Assembly (NCBI GenBank): GCA_050084515.1
Contig: CM114271.1
Location: 7,440,001 to 7,504,000 of the forward strand
Direction of reading: 5' to 3'
DNA length: 64,000 nt
Source: Blasia pusilla
Taxonomy: Eukaryota
The notes below the pieces were generated by a model. It was not told the DNA's origin. It did not search any database and was given only the letters and a program-made list of their open reading frames with translations. Positions 12,856-26,897 of the stretch are shown here, piece after piece (position 1 is the stretch's first letter; each line of letters starts with the position of its first letter). The position numbers and the translations under genes were made by a program.

Positions 12856-13697
12856 TGAAATAATTTTGAAAAATAACATTTCACACTAAATGTGGCATCT
12901 AAAAAATATTTTAGTGAAATAATTTTTTTCTTATTGATATTTTATACCCCTTATTGATTAACCTTACTAGTTATTACTCATGCATCCATATGCAAATCTC
13001 ATAGTTAAATGTAAGAAAAATTACAAGACATTATTTTTCAACACAACTACTTTAATATCACACTACCAAAATTCAGAAACAAGATTTCATCTCATGGTTC
13101 AATAATTATTCATTAATTATTTGGCCTCTAGCATGCTGCTCACTGATGTATGAGTTATTGGCGGACCTCTGAGAGTTATTGGCACTTGGCTCACTCTCCC
13201 TTACTGGTCCCAACTACTGATCTGACTACATTTCCGTACATTTCATGCAATTTTCACGTGAGGGAGCCCTGCCAAGTGCCAACACTATCCTCTAATCTCT
13301 TATCCATCATTGTGTTCTCTGGCGGATCCTCATTCGGTTGCCCTTGGATCTTCTTCTACTCCCTCTGCTTGTTCCCGGATGCAACTGGCCTTTTTCTGTA
13401 CATGGAATATGCTGACAATCCAAGCAACATTGATTAGGGAGCACCGGAATAGATCTCCGGAATTTGCACCCCTGCCAGCGAGCAGAAGGCGGCGTCGCTC
13501 GCCTCGCGCTGCGGCCCAGGTGATACCATAGCCACCTTTCACAAATCCTATGTTGAGACGTGAAACCGTGCCCATGCACATGCACGAAGCTGCACCGTAG
13601 AACAAGAGTGACTGTCTTTCCCGTCATCTAATGGATAAATGCTAACTCTTGGACTTCTGGGTATGACAACTTGCGAGTGGTGAACGCTAAGTGAGAC

Positions 13698-15466
13698 TTA
13701 GCGAGAAATCTGTCCTTCACTCAGGTCTCGCCTAATGTCGTCTATTACACGCCTGAGAACCTCGTGATGAATGGCAGGGTTGAGGTCCATGTAGTACTGG
13801 AAAAGTTCTTCCAATTCACATTGTTTGTCGAACAAACTCTCTTCTCGGATCATGTGCATCATGGAGCTCCTGAAATCGGAGTAGGGATCTGTAGAATGCT
13901 TGATGAGAACGTGACTTTCCTCACCAGCTAGTGCTGTTGGTGTCGGACAGACGTCACTGAAGCGCTTGGAGAGCGTCGGTCGCAGTTCACTGCACCACAA
14001 CTGGAACCGTCCGTGGCTTGCAGACATGTTGAAATTTTAGAAGTGTCGAGTTTGGTCCCCAAAGACGAGCAATCTGTCTCGCAGCTATCCTCGGAGTCCA
14101 GGACATTCTGCAATTCCTCATCAAAGGTCCTCTGGAGTGTACCAATTCCATGTTTCTTCGCAGGTATTTTATTCGTCTTCGGAGTACTATTCCCAAACCT
14201 CACCTTTTCATGACCGTTGGACGGTCTGAAAACATCCGTCGCTTTAGCACTAGGTTGCGATGGGGAGCTTGACGGGCGCGGTTTCTGGACCATAGCACGG
14301 CCGGTCGATCCGATGGAATCCGCCGACACGGGCCTTTGTTGCTGCTGTTTCAGAGCCCAGAGACCGGAGCCCCGTTCGGCAGGCTTCTCCTTACCATTCA
14401 CTTCAGCTTTCCGCGATGGAGGTCTATTGGTAGGCAGTAAATCTACTGTTACCTTATCGGGAGCATTCAAAATAACCTCGAGCCGGGAGGATCCCGAATC
14501 GACACTGAAGATATCTTCCTCCCTTTCATCGTTACGAGGAGTTATACTGTGGAGTTTTCCTCTTGGATTACTCTGAACATTCTCTCGTTGACGGATCTCC
14601 GCGTGCTGCTGCTGGGGCCTCTTACTGGCCAATCTTGAAGAAGGCCTTTCCATGATGGGAGCTGGCAACTCGCACTCGTTCTCAGAGGAGTACACTTCGG
14701 AGATGAAGTCGGAGGTTTCCACTTCCGAAGTTACAACGTTGGTCTTGCCGAGGCCTCCATCTTTTAGGGCAAACTCCGCGTTCAGCCGGAAACTGGCATG
14801 AGAGCTTGAAGGAGCATTAGGATTCCTGGTGGAACACGGAATAGATGAGGATTGCACTAGGGAGGATACAGCAGAGTCCCAAGTTCCGCGAATGAGCTTC
14901 ACACTCCGTCCAGATCTGCTAGAGCTCACGGATGAGGGCCTTTTGGAAAAGTTTTTGTAGCGAGGGCACTTATGTGTAGCATCGTACAAGATCTTAGGCC
15001 TGGGGGCGGTGTAGTGTAAAGGGGTGCCCATACTTACTGGAGCGGAACCCGGTCTGTGACGAACGGAAGGTTTATCACTGCCTTCCCAAGAACCAGAAGC
15101 GGATGCAGACGTGATGGGCCTACGTATCAAAGACGGATGAATATCAGCGTCGTATTCTTTCTTCTTCCTTTCCACGTACAGATCTTGACGTTGAATTCGT
15201 GAACACATCCCGCGTATATTATGGAGATGACTCAGTGCTTGGTATGGCAATTCCGAGTAGTTCAAATGTGTCAAATCTAGGGGATATTGACAGCGTCGCC
15301 TCTGCAACCGATTCTTGCTTAAAGTCTCCGCGGTTGGCTCATCTTTCCATATGGAGAAACCAGTGAAGCCGCTGTTCTTTACCTTGGCGACCTTCCTGAA
15401 CAGATTCTTCACCTCGGCCATCTCATCTTGCCAAATGAAAGGCCGACGTGTCCTGTTGGATCCCAT
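13698..15466 (-). CDS. OVATE family protein (OFP) with an apparent frameshift just before the OVATE domain
   Basis: 512-aa Ser-rich ORF (13928-15466) followed in another frame by IKHSTDPYSDFRSSMMHMI...ELEELFQYYMDLN...HHEVLRRVIDDI, the C-terminal OVATE signature. Confidence 0.85.
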
Positions 15467-17791
15467 TCTCCTCCCGATCTAATGGGGAATCAAATTTCAC
15501 ATCGACCAGCAGAAGGAACCAGAGGGCAGTGACTGTCTAGATCACACCATACAGATAGGGCTCTGACCCACCTCAGTACCTCGACTGTGGTCCTCTACAG
15601 CCTCAAATCGCCCTGCCGGTGGTGGCAAATCCCGCAAATTCTACTTAGTCGACGGAGATTATCTTCACATCTTCTCAGAGTCCCTCAACGCAATCGATCG
15701 TCCCGGATTTCATGTGCTGCCCGGGCAGAGAGCATCAACATTGTGCTTGATTGATACAGGCATCTATCATTCAGGAACTTAAACAAGACGTGTGAGCAAA
15801 CTCCTGTACCCTAGACTCAATGTACATTGTTGAGAGTCCGCCACATGACGCCAAATGCCGTGTTGCATACATCAGCGGCCGAGCGGCATAGGGCGGATGG
15901 TCGCAGAAGTACAACCCCCCAGTGCATACGCCGGGTAACCAATTTTGTGCTATGGTGCGGTGACCCAATCCACTGATATAGCCAACCTGCAAGTACGATG
16001 ATGGCAAACTTGGTTAGACTTGAACTGTCACGCAACAATCTCTTAAAGTTTCGACACTGTTCCAACTAAGGTTTGCCCTGAGTCCTCCAAGGCATTCCTT
16101 CAAACATCCATCTAAGTACAATTAATTACGCTCGTGCTGGTATATATTCTCTCTAAATCTCGAGGAGATGTTGTGAGTAATTTTTGGTTGTAGTAGCTAA
16201 AATCCAGCTCCTAGGAACTAGCGACAAATTGAACGTCATTGGATGTTGAAATAGAGAAGTAGATGTTCTTTTCTACCAATTTCGGGATCACGAAGCACTA
16301 ACATCACTACAACACGCACACATGTGCATGCCTAGTACATGCACATGCTATCATGAACATAATATTGTCTAACCTTAACTAGATTCCTTGTTCTCATAAC
16401 ACATTTAGATTCGGTGTAGACCGGATCTCGACTACAATGGGAAAGATGGTTCGAGACCAAGTTGTTTATTCATCCCCCAAGGTGAAATCAGAATTCGCCA
16501 CTTCGAGAGAAATTCACCTCCGACGTGCAATTCGGGGAAATCCGTACACAGTTTTCGCGTCCTATCACATTACTGCACGTACAACTAACATGAGTCTTCC
16601 TTCGATCTCTTGCATCCGTCCAATTCTTACTGTGGTAGATACTAGCGCCAATTACTTCCCAGGGTGGCTTAGCCCCAGCAATGAAATTAGTCGTCACTAA
16701 CTCTTTCTCGGTGTGCTCGGAAGATTCTCGATCGGAATAGCTGGGATAGGACCGAAAGCAAATGTCAGGTAGGAAAGACGCGATCAAGCCACAAATCGTT
16801 ATGAATCGCCATAAGCCCATTCTTGCTGAATGCGAAATGGTAACATTTCAGGTAAGAGTGTACCGGTGAGAATACCGTAATTAAATCCTTAGAAGAATTA
16901 AAACCTTCGCACAGATTTTAGAAATTTGTCGCATTTTCAAGCCCATCAGGCGATCAAGGGAGACCACGCAGAGGATTTGTACCCACTTCTATTGAGCTTG
17001 CACAATTCGGATTGTTCTTCTCATTCTAGGACCCCCATCTGTCCCCCCGCGTCTGCAATTGGTAAATCTCAAGGACAAGAAATTCTATAATCTCACCTTC
17101 GTAAACCCTCGTGCACATCAACAACAAAGCGCGCGGAGAAGATCAAGTGAATACAGAACGTATGCCGTTAGAGACGATTACAACGAGGACCTTCGTCTTG
17201 TAAGGGCCTCAAGTACCAACTAGTAACAAGCCGAATTCTCGCCTTGCGTGCTCACTGTCGTTTTATTCAGGATGATCCGGCAGCGCTCCAGAGTGATTCG
17301 TTTTTCGTGAATTTGTAATCTAGATGTATATCCAAAGCAGAGTCACATATATGCAAGTATCTCCGACTTTCTCGATGTGAGTTCAACAGCCACGGACTGT
17401 TTGTTCAGATCGCACGGCGAACGGGCAAGGGCGAGCGCTACGAGCCCTCTGCAACAGAATTAAGAACAATTGCGATCGTTACGTGAAGCCTGCCTGCCCA
17501 GGCCATTCCCGTTTGACAGCCTGGATGGTTGACACACTCCCGATCACTAGTTTCGACTCGACCGGCCCCATGCAAAATCTCATCGGCCTCATATATTCAA
17601 AGTTGCCTGTACCACTGTCTCTATTTAAATATTCACCAACTAGTAAGGTGCCAATGCATGGGAAATAGTGTTCATGTGCAGCTTTTAATCATACTCCACA
17701 CATTCATCACAATTATACTCCACACAAATCAAATTTTAAGCATTAAGAGTATTTGCAAATAAAAAACATTTTCCCATAATTCATATTATTA

Positions 17792-18211
17792 TCTATATTA
17801 TTATGAGAGATATTATTATGGAATAATGTTTTTTTGATTTGTAAACATTTTTATATAAACATATGATAATTGGATCCTAAAAAAATATTACGGATAAAAA
17901 TATTAATTTAAATGTGTGTACTATATCATATATTAAATTTTTGAATATTAAATTTTCAAACGTTTTATTATTATCCATGTATTGCACATGCATATTATCT
18001 ATACTATTATGGGAGAGTATTTTTTTGATTTATAAACACCTCTGCGTTTGACACGTGATAATTGGACATCAAAATAATGTTTCACATACTACGGGCAACG
18101 AGAAAAAATTTTGAATTTATGTGCAGCATCCTTAATCTCTTCCCTTCACGGGCTATACACTAGCTTTTCAAAAATAACTATTTCCCGTGCATCGCACAGG
18201 CACCTTACTAG
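17792..18211 (+). mobile_element. Two tandem non-autonomous mini-Helitrons
   Basis: Units start A|TCTATA at 17792 and 17998. The second ends with hairpin CCCGTGCATCGCACAGG then CTAG|T (18208-18211). The units are similar to each other. Confidence 0.65.
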
Positions 18212-19555
18212 TAATATAAATTACATATTAGTGGATGAATGAAAAATAGGTCAAGACAAGAATTTAGGGTTAGTGGGAATAACCACACCTCTGATTCAAT
18301 TAGAATCCAGGAGGAGGGAAGGCACTACTATAAGGATATAGATTCACATGTATCATATTTTTAAAGAAAACTAATGACACATTCAATATTATTAGTTAGC
18401 ACTAAATTGATCCTTAGAAATTGTAAGAAAAGGAATTTCCTAAGAACTTATAAATATTTTTAAATTAAAATTTTAAGTATAATTTTCATGTTTTAAATAT
18501 TAAAAAAGTGATAGATTTCATTTTTAAATAATACAGAGCTCTCCTAAATAATCTCACTCCATAAAAGTTTGAACTATTTCCATTCGGTTAAAATATCTCC
18601 AAGGGGACCGTCGAGGTTATATTAGTTCATTAGGGGGAACCTTAAGCAAAGTCTTCCAATTTCTGCTCTTCCTATCAACTTAACATCCACTAACTAAATT
18701 ATAGTTAATTTTAATCATTTTAATCATTTTCATCATTTCCTTTTTCCATTCAAATTCATTTTCTTTTCCCAAAATATGGAATATAATTTAAACTGATTAT
18801 TTTTTAAAAATAATCATATTTTAAAATTTAAATATAAATTTTATGTTCTTTAATCTTAGAAGAATAATAAAATTTTGTTGTTCTAAGTAATTCCACTCCT
18901 CACTTATAATTTGAATGATATTCTGTTCCCCTAAATAATTACATCCTTCCATAAAATTTAGAAAGTATCTACCTCTCCATTAAAATTTATTTTCCCTTCC
19001 CATCAAATATGAGTCAAGGAATAAAATTATATTTTTGGGCTATTTTTCTATTTCTCTTATTATTATTTGTTTATTCATACTTAGGATCATTCATTATAAA
19101 AGAAATTATTAATTAACAAAAGTATCTTCTTATTCCATTAAAATTATATTCTAATATGACCCGAGTGAAAAATCAAAGATTTTGTCATATTGTTGCTATT
19201 TTTCTTCATATTGTGCATATGGGGTCGTCCTTTATAATCAAGGTTGCATATGGAAAAAGTGTGTGTCGGTAGACATGTCCATGTCCACAGACACAAACTT
19301 ATGTCCGTGTGGGGCCGGGTACCCACACCCCGAGCCTGCATGCAGCCCGCACCCATTGCATGGCCCGCGGAAGGCGTGCAGGGCCGGCTTGGCCCCAATT
19401 GGTCAGGCTCAGGGCTACATAGGGCCAACACGGAGCCCGCCCAAACCTTGCATGCGAGCTTTGGGCAGGTCCTACGCGATAGGCTTTGGGCAGGCTCCAT
19501 GTGGGCTCGGGTGCAGACCGGGCATATCCATCCTATGGACGAACTTGTCCATATC

Positions 19556-20555
19556 TGTCGCGCCCCTACTCTCCTTGAACATCAATCTTTAGTGTTGCAG
19601 AAGCGTGCGTTCAGTAGGTCACGAACTCATCGCCGATCTGCACCCAAACACGCACTCTCGTTAGTCGGGTTTGGCCAACCGGCATTCCAACCCACCGAGT
19701 CCTAAACTCGGCGTCTCCTCAAGCTCAGCCTTCCTTAGTTCCTAGCTCCCAACACATGGCAAGTCCTCCAAGCCTTGGAACAGACTTCCTGGTTAGTCCA
19801 GGGATCTGAAACGGCACTTGCACGCCTAGCGATCCCAACTGTTCAACGGTCTCGTGTGAGTTCCGAACTGAGACCCAAGTAATTGAGTCGCGGCGTGAAA
19901 TCCAAGAGGGATGTCTAAAATCGCCTCAATGGACTTGGTGTAGGTTTTCCAACCCAACGCCCAAACTCGCGTTCCGTTCCATGCCCTTAAGCCGCCCCGC
20001 GGCGCCCAAAGTGGGGTTTGGGTTCCAAGCACTCTCGGAGACCTTCCCCCTTACTAGTACTTCTGGGGTTCTCCAATAACCCCTCCCCTTTGGGAAAAGA
20101 GGTTCGGCCCCTTCATTGTGGCCCTCAACCCGACTCCACTTGCAATCGTTTTCGGGTCGTATCTCGGCCGCTGCTTATGCGTTTGCAGCGATCTTTGTGT
20201 GTTTGAACCGGCTCTTCATAAGCTTTCCAACGCACTCTTATTTGCTCCAAACGCATCTCGGCGCTAAAAGTTATGGCCATAAATACAGTTGGAAACTCTC
20301 AAACGCAAGTGGCGTTCCAAATCCGGATCTTTCCTTTGGCAACCCACTTCCTAGACTCGACTTCTTTCAAGTCTCATTCCGCGTTTGGTCCAGGTTTCTG
20401 AGTCGCGACCATCACATCTGAAACGCGACTTCTCACTCGCGTCTCGTCTCTTGTCTCCTCTTTGAGACAACTCCAACGCGCAAACCATCTTAGCGTGAGC
20501 CCGATAATGTTCCGATGTTCCGCTTGGCACTTGTTTGGTCATGAGGGTCGCGACA
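19556..20555 (-). repeat. 3' LTR of the chromovirus
   Basis: TG...CA ends, adjacent to the PPT (minus-strand TGAAAGAGGGGTGAG). Confidence 0.95.
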
Positions 20556-21264
20556 CTCACCCCTCTTTCAGAGGTTGATGCCCTCATCAACGCAAACCTT
20601 TATTATGTCAAGTCTCCTGGGCAGCCTACCCCTTGACATTGAATTGCGTTCTGGTGGCTAACCCGCAATTCCTCTTAGTCTCTAGTTGTCGCTTTGCCCC
20701 ACTTAGAATTATTAGCCTCTCATCTTCGATAAACCTGGACTAGTTCCAAGGAACTAACCTATCAAATAAGCTAACTAAGTGTGCAACCTTAGACTCTTTC
20801 GACTCATTCTTGTAAACATCACACACTGTTTACCGGTCCACAAATCGTACTACTATTGGGTCGCTCTCGTATTCGACTTAGGCGCGTCACTAAGTTTACT
20901 TATGTGGCCACAAGTAAGATCACCCCAAGCCCCACGACAGACTTCAGCTGCCCCGCCGACGCTAGGGCGAGCCCAAGTGTAATCCAACACAAGGTCCTGT
21001 TCTAGGTGCTTATCCACATACGAGCTCTCACCTCAAATACTCCTTGTCTGTCCTCTTGTCGTACATTCTAAGTCTATGATGAACGACTCATAGCCATGCA
21101 CTACCACATACAAATTGCAATCAACACTGGTATCGAATCTCCAAATCCATACACTCCTTTATTGCAACACTAGCATATTCTAGTTAAAACGGCCTTCGGC
21201 CCAAGATTCCACTGATTACAAGTCATGTCTCTAGCTTCTCCTCGTACTAACGTATGTGCTTCGC

Positions 21265-24200
21265 TTGTGTTCTCTTGAAGTCACGCAATAATTCTTGCGC
21301 GTGTTCCAAATCCGCCTCCGCAATCCAAGTCGCCTCCTTCACATGGTAGCCCTTCTATTTTACCAAGTATTCATACTTGTTGGCCCGACGCCTCGAACGT
21401 AAGATGGTCTCCACCTCGAACTCCGGCTCCTCCTTTACGATGACCGGGTGCGGTCTCACCACTTGTCTCCGCTCGAAACGTCCATTATCTTGAAGGTATT
21501 TCTTCAACAATGACACATGAAAGGTCGGGTGAATCTTGAACTCGTCCGGCAGCCTCAACTTATACACATCCTCAAACGGGTTTGCCACAATCACATACGG
21601 TCCAAAGATACTTGGCGGGCGGCCATGAACAACTCTTTCGGAAGAGTGAGATTCTTCACATTCAACCACACTTGTTCTCCAACTTGGAATCGTACTTGGC
21701 GCCGACTCTTGTTAGCATGCTTAACGTACCTCATTTGAGCCTTTGCAAGACTTCGTCTCGCGCTCTCTTCGTTTCGCATCTCTACCAACAAACTTTTTCG
21801 CCGCCGCTTGTCGTGTTCGTGCCAATGTAGTACCCTTCGAAAGGGCTAGATCAAGAGGCCCTTCGGCTCGTCCATTTTCCAGAGAAACGGAGATTCTCCT
21901 ATTGCGAGAATCTTGGTCGAGTTGTAGCAAAGTATTCCGCCATGCTCACCACGACCCAATCGCATTGATCAAGATCGACATAATTCCTCAAGTATTGATT
22001 CACGATAGAGTTTACCTTTTCGATCTGTCCATCCGTCGTGGGTGGAAAGCCCGTCATCGAAACTCAGCTTGGTCTTAAACCTTCGAACAAGTGCTTCGAA
22101 AGCATCGGTAAACTTTGGATCCCGATCTGAAACAATGCTCCTCGGCAAACCATGAGCACGCCACCCGGCTATCGAGGAATAGTTGCGCCGTCATTATACG
22201 CCGTTCGTTGGAATCCACCGTCGGCACGAATCTCGCCAACTTGCTAAACCGATCAACAATCACAAGTATAGCGTTGTATCCCCAGATTCGGAAGACTCGT
22301 GATGAAATCCATACTCACACTTTGCAAGGGTCCTTCGGGATCGGCAAGGGATGCAGCAAGCCTTGTTTCTTATCATAAGAGACTCTATTCGCAAGCGGGT
22401 CACACATGGTCTTCACATATTGAGCAACATCCTCCTTCATGTTGGGCCAAAAGAACCGCCGAGCTGTAACGGCTAGCGAGATTTCTCTCCTTTATGTCCG
22501 CCAAGGGTCCGTCGTGACATTGGCTAACACCTTGGTTCGATTCCGCCTTGCCCTACATAGATCCTACTCTATTTGAACCTTAGTAAACCGTGCCTCAAAC
22601 TTATGTTGGCCACCTTCTCACCCCGCTTCAACTTCCTCGGTATTCCCCCGCTTGAGCATCCTTCATATATCCTTCACGAATCCTTCTCTCGAGATCTGTT
22701 TCCTTAAGGAACATTGCTCTCAAGACTGTGTCGTCGATGGCATGTGTTCCTCCTTGCGACTTTTAACGATCTGGAATCACATTATCTTTACGTGGCTTGT
22801 GGATCAACTCTACATCCATCAGCGCCAAGGTATCATGCCACCGCATGATTGTTTTGGTGTCACTCGATCCCGAGTCTCAAAATACTTGAGTGATATATTA
22901 TCGGTGAATATTCGAGTCTGTGGAGCCCTAGATAATGCCGCCACTTCCTCAAGCAATGTACCACCGCGAACAACTCTTTTCGTGAGTAGGCCATCTCCTT
23001 TCGGTGTCGCTAAGCTTCTTGCTCTCATATGCCACCGGTCTCCTTCTTGCACCAACATTTCTGCAAGAGAAATCACTAGCATCGGTATGCACTTGAACGG
23101 TTTGTCAAACTCGGCGGCTTTAACACTGGTTCTGCGATAGAATCTTCGCTTCACTCGGTTGAATCCTCATTAACTTCCTGGGTCCAAGTCGTGTTGGCAA
23201 ACTTTGCCGTCCAATCCGTGAGAGGTCTCACAATTCCGAAAAGTTTTTCACATAAGTACGATAAAATTGCACCGCACCTATGAACCTCCTCATCCCCTTT
23301 ACACGGTGGATGGGGTTCCCACTCGAAATCGCCTTTACCTTTTCCATGTCCGGGTGACGCCATCTCAGACCGACCACGTGACCCAAGAATTTGATCTTAC
23401 TCAAACCAAATTCGCTCTTCTCTACATTCACATACAGCTGATTTGCCCTTAGCTTAGACAAGACCGCTCTCACATGTCGAACATGCTCCTCTAGTGACTT
23501 CGAATAGATAAGTATATCATCGATATAGATGATAACATACTCATCCATTTCCTTGTGAAAAATGGAGTTCATCAATGTGGTGAACGTCGGAGGCGCGTTA
23601 CATAGACCGAAAGGCATAATTACAAACTCAAAGGAACCGTATCTCGTCCTGCACGCAGTCTTCTCCACATCTGCCTCGGCAATTCGAATCTGGTAATATC
23701 CTGACTTCAAGTCAATCCTACTGAAATATCTCGCGCCTGCCAGCCTATCAAAGAGATCATCTATCCTTGGAAGAGGATAATTGTTCCGAACCGTCACTTT
23801 GTTCAGTGCACGATAATCAACACACAACCTCATCTTTCCATCCTTCTTCTTTACAAAGAGAACAGGTGCTCCATAAGGTGACTTGCTAGTCCTAATGTAA
23901 CCCTTTTCCAAGAGCTCACTTAATTGCTTTTTCAACTCAAGAAGTTCCTCCTGATTCAACCTATATGGTGCTTTTGAAGGCGGTTGGGAACCGGGTATGA
24001 TTTCTATCTTATGATCTACGGCTCTATGCGGCGGCAATTCAGTCGGAAGCTCATTTGTCAAGACATCATCAAACTCTTGGACCACTTCCTGGAGTGGTTA
24101 TGGGATTCCCCTCGAGGCAGCGTCCTGATCTCTGCGTATACTTCTTGTAGCCTCCTCCACTTGTCTCATCAAGCAGAGAAATCCATCCTCCAACTTAGTC

Positions 24201-25762
24201 ATGCTCCTCCTTGTGATCGAGTTCACCAACTCCATCTTCGCTGGAACCTCACGGACCAACCGCACCTGTAACCGTTTGCCTTTTAGCAAGACGCTCAACC
24301 TCAATGGTCGGCGTCTTAACTCCACCTCATACGCATCTAGGAATGTATTCCCAAAACTCCGTCAATGCCGTCCATTTAGCATCAAAGTGAAATTCTCCTT
24401 CAACTCGAATACCCCGCATCCCTACTGTCAAACCCAAGACCAAATCAGAATTCCGATGAGACTTGCCTCCTGCAAATCCCACTCGAATGGGCTCGTCCGC
24501 CTTATAGGTAGACAGCCCCAGTTCCTTCACGATTCTCGGGCTTAGGAAGGAGTGCGAAGCACTTGTATCCACGAGCAACAACACATCGCGATCAGCAATC
24601 TTGGATCTTAGGTACACCAAATTGTGCGTCCTCTTGGTGACTTGAAGGGACGTCTCCATATCGCCCGCCAACATATGCTTAGCAGCAAACGCAATCATAC
24701 TCCCATTACTAACCTTCGGTTTCGAACACCCTTTCGACAGGTGCCCCGGTTCGCCACAATTGTAGCATACGACCTTGCCGTTCCCTGTCTTTGAGTGTTG
24801 TCCTCCTTTCGGCTTCGCATGAAGTTCCACTCGTTTTGCTGCCGCGGCAGACGACTCTCCTGGTTTGTGCTGGCCCCCACTCCAGCCTCTTTTGAACACC
24901 TCCTTATTTTTCGACTTCTTCGAAAAAACTTTTGACTCGAAGGGTTTCTGGGTTTGGACCTCATCGTCCCCAATCCGCTCCGCTAGCTTCAGAAGGTCCG
25001 CGCAGGTCTCTGGCAACGTCGGCATTCGGTAAAGGGCCTTCTCAGCGCTCGGCTTGAGTCCACTAATGAAGATAGCCTTCTTCGCGTGCTCATCCATCTT
25101 CGGACTAGAAGTCAGTTTCGCACTAAACTCCCTCACATACGCGCTTAAGGAACCACTCTGCCGCATCCGCACGCATTCCACCGTGTCACGCAATCCTTGG
25201 TACTCGGAGTGAACCGATCCCCAATCAACTCCTTGAACTCCTCCCAACTCAGAGGTGACTCATCGCCCGAGATATTCCTCTCGTTGAGCGGTCCACCATT
25301 GTAGAGCATGATCCTTCAGAAAGTAAGCTACTACCGTCACCTTGTCTGCTCGGCACCCTTCTCGCGCCTCGAAATGCCTGATTCGATTCCGTAAGTAAAT
25401 CCTTCACTTTCATGGCGCCCACTCCAGTAAATGGCGTGGGCGAGGTTCGTCTAGCGAGCTTTTGCCCTTTTCGGGTTTGAGTGGCCTCTAACTCGGCAAT
25501 CCGCTTTCTTTCTTTGGGACATCTGCTCCACCAACACCTTCAACAAGTCCAACGTCTGGCTTGACTCCGTCCTTTCCCCTGAGTTTGGGCCCACTGGCCC
25601 CGCGGAAGGAGTCGCCACTGGGACGTCCTCACGACTAGCGTTCAGCTCTTTGGGAGTCTCCGACTCCTCTATAGCTTCACGGTCCGGCATTGGTTCCTCT
25701 CTCGGTTCACGTCGCTTGATTCGGCGCTTCTTGGGTTGTTCTCCCTCGATCGCCATCTCCAA
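21265..25762 (-). pseudogene. Chromovirus gag-pol, fragmented by many small indels
   Basis: CYNCGEPGHLSKGC knuckle, LLVDTSAS protease, YIDDILIYS RT, IVDRFSK integrase, HPTFHVSLLK GPY/F module, EFEVETIL..YEYLVK chromodomain. Confidence 0.92.
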
Positions 25763-25891
25763 GCCAACTCACTCAGATCTCCTCCTCGTTTCTTGTGTCC
25801 CTCCTCGAGCGTCCGAGTCTAGCCGCTACCTTGAAATTTCCCAAGCGTCCGGCTGATCCCACGACCCCAAGTTCTCGCTCACCAAGGATAA

Positions 25892-25903
25892 GCTCTGATA
25901 CCA
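25892..25903 (-). promoter_or_regulatory. Primer binding site (tRNA-iMet)
   Basis: TGGTATCAGAGC on the minus strand, 2 nt inside the 5' LTR end. Confidence 0.93.
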
Positions 25904-25905
25904 CT

Positions 25906-26897
25906 TGTCGCGCCCCTACTCTCCTTGAACGTCAATCTTTAGTGTTGCGGAAGCGTGCGTTCAGTAGGTCACGAACTCATCGCCGATCTGCACCCAAACA
26001 CGCACTCTCGTTAGTCGGGTTTGGCCAACCGGCGTTCCAACCCACCGAGTCCTAAACTCGGCGTCTCCTCAAGCTCAGCCTTCCTTAGTTCCTAGCTCCC
26101 AACACATGGCAAGTCCTCCAAGCCTTGGAACAGACTTCTGGTTAGTCCAGGATCTCAAACGGCACTTGCACGCCTAGCGATCCCAACATTCAACGGTCTC
26201 GTGTGAGTTCGAACCGAGACCCAAGTAATTGAGTCGGCGTGAAATCCAAGAGGGATGTCTAAAATCGCCTCAATGGACTTGGTGTAGGTTTTCCAACCCA
26301 ACGCCCAAACTCGCGTTCCGTTCCATGCCCTTGCCGCCCCTTGGCGCCCAAAGTGGGGTTTGGGTTCCAAGCACTCTCGGAGACCTTCCCCCTTACTAGT
26401 ACTTCTGGGGTTCTCCAATAACCCCTCCCCTTTGGGAAAAGAGGTTCGGCCCCTTCATTGTGGCCCTCAACCCGACTCCACTTGCAATCGTTTTCGGGTC
26501 GTATCTCGGCCGCTGCTTATGCGTTTGCAGCGATCTTTGTGTGTTTGAACCGGCTCTTCATAAGCTTTCCAACGCACTCTTATTTGCTCCAAACGCATCT
26601 CGGCGCTAAAAGTTATGGCCATAAATACAGTTGGAAACTCTCAAACACAAGTGGCGTTCCAAATCCGGATCTTTCCTTTGGCAACCCACTTCCTAGACTC
26701 GACTTCTTTCAAGTCTCATTCCGCGTTTGGTCCAGGTTTCTGAGTCGCGACCATCACATCTGAAACGCGACTTCTCGCTCGCGTCTCTTCTCTTGTCTCC
26801 TCTTTGAGACATCTCCAACGCGCAAACCATCTTAGCGTGAGCCCGATAATGTTCCGATGTTCCGCTTGGCACTTGTTTGGTCATGAGGGTCGCGACA
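25906..26897 (-). repeat. 5' LTR of the chromovirus
   Basis: Direct repeat of 19556-20555, next to the PBS. Confidence 0.95.

Larger units (their letters stand above)
19556..26897 (-). mobile_element. Full-length Ty3/Gypsy chromovirus, recent insertion
   Basis: Near-identical LTRs 19556-20555 and 25906-26897, TSD ATATC on both sides, tRNA-iMet PBS, PPT at 20556-20570, gag-PR-RT-RH-INT-chromodomain. Confidence 0.96.

Noticed and set aside
16321-16347. 10-bp hairpin with RY-like CATGCA motifs upstream of the OVATE gene
   Set aside because: Too short to distinguish from chance in alternating purine-pyrimidine sequence.
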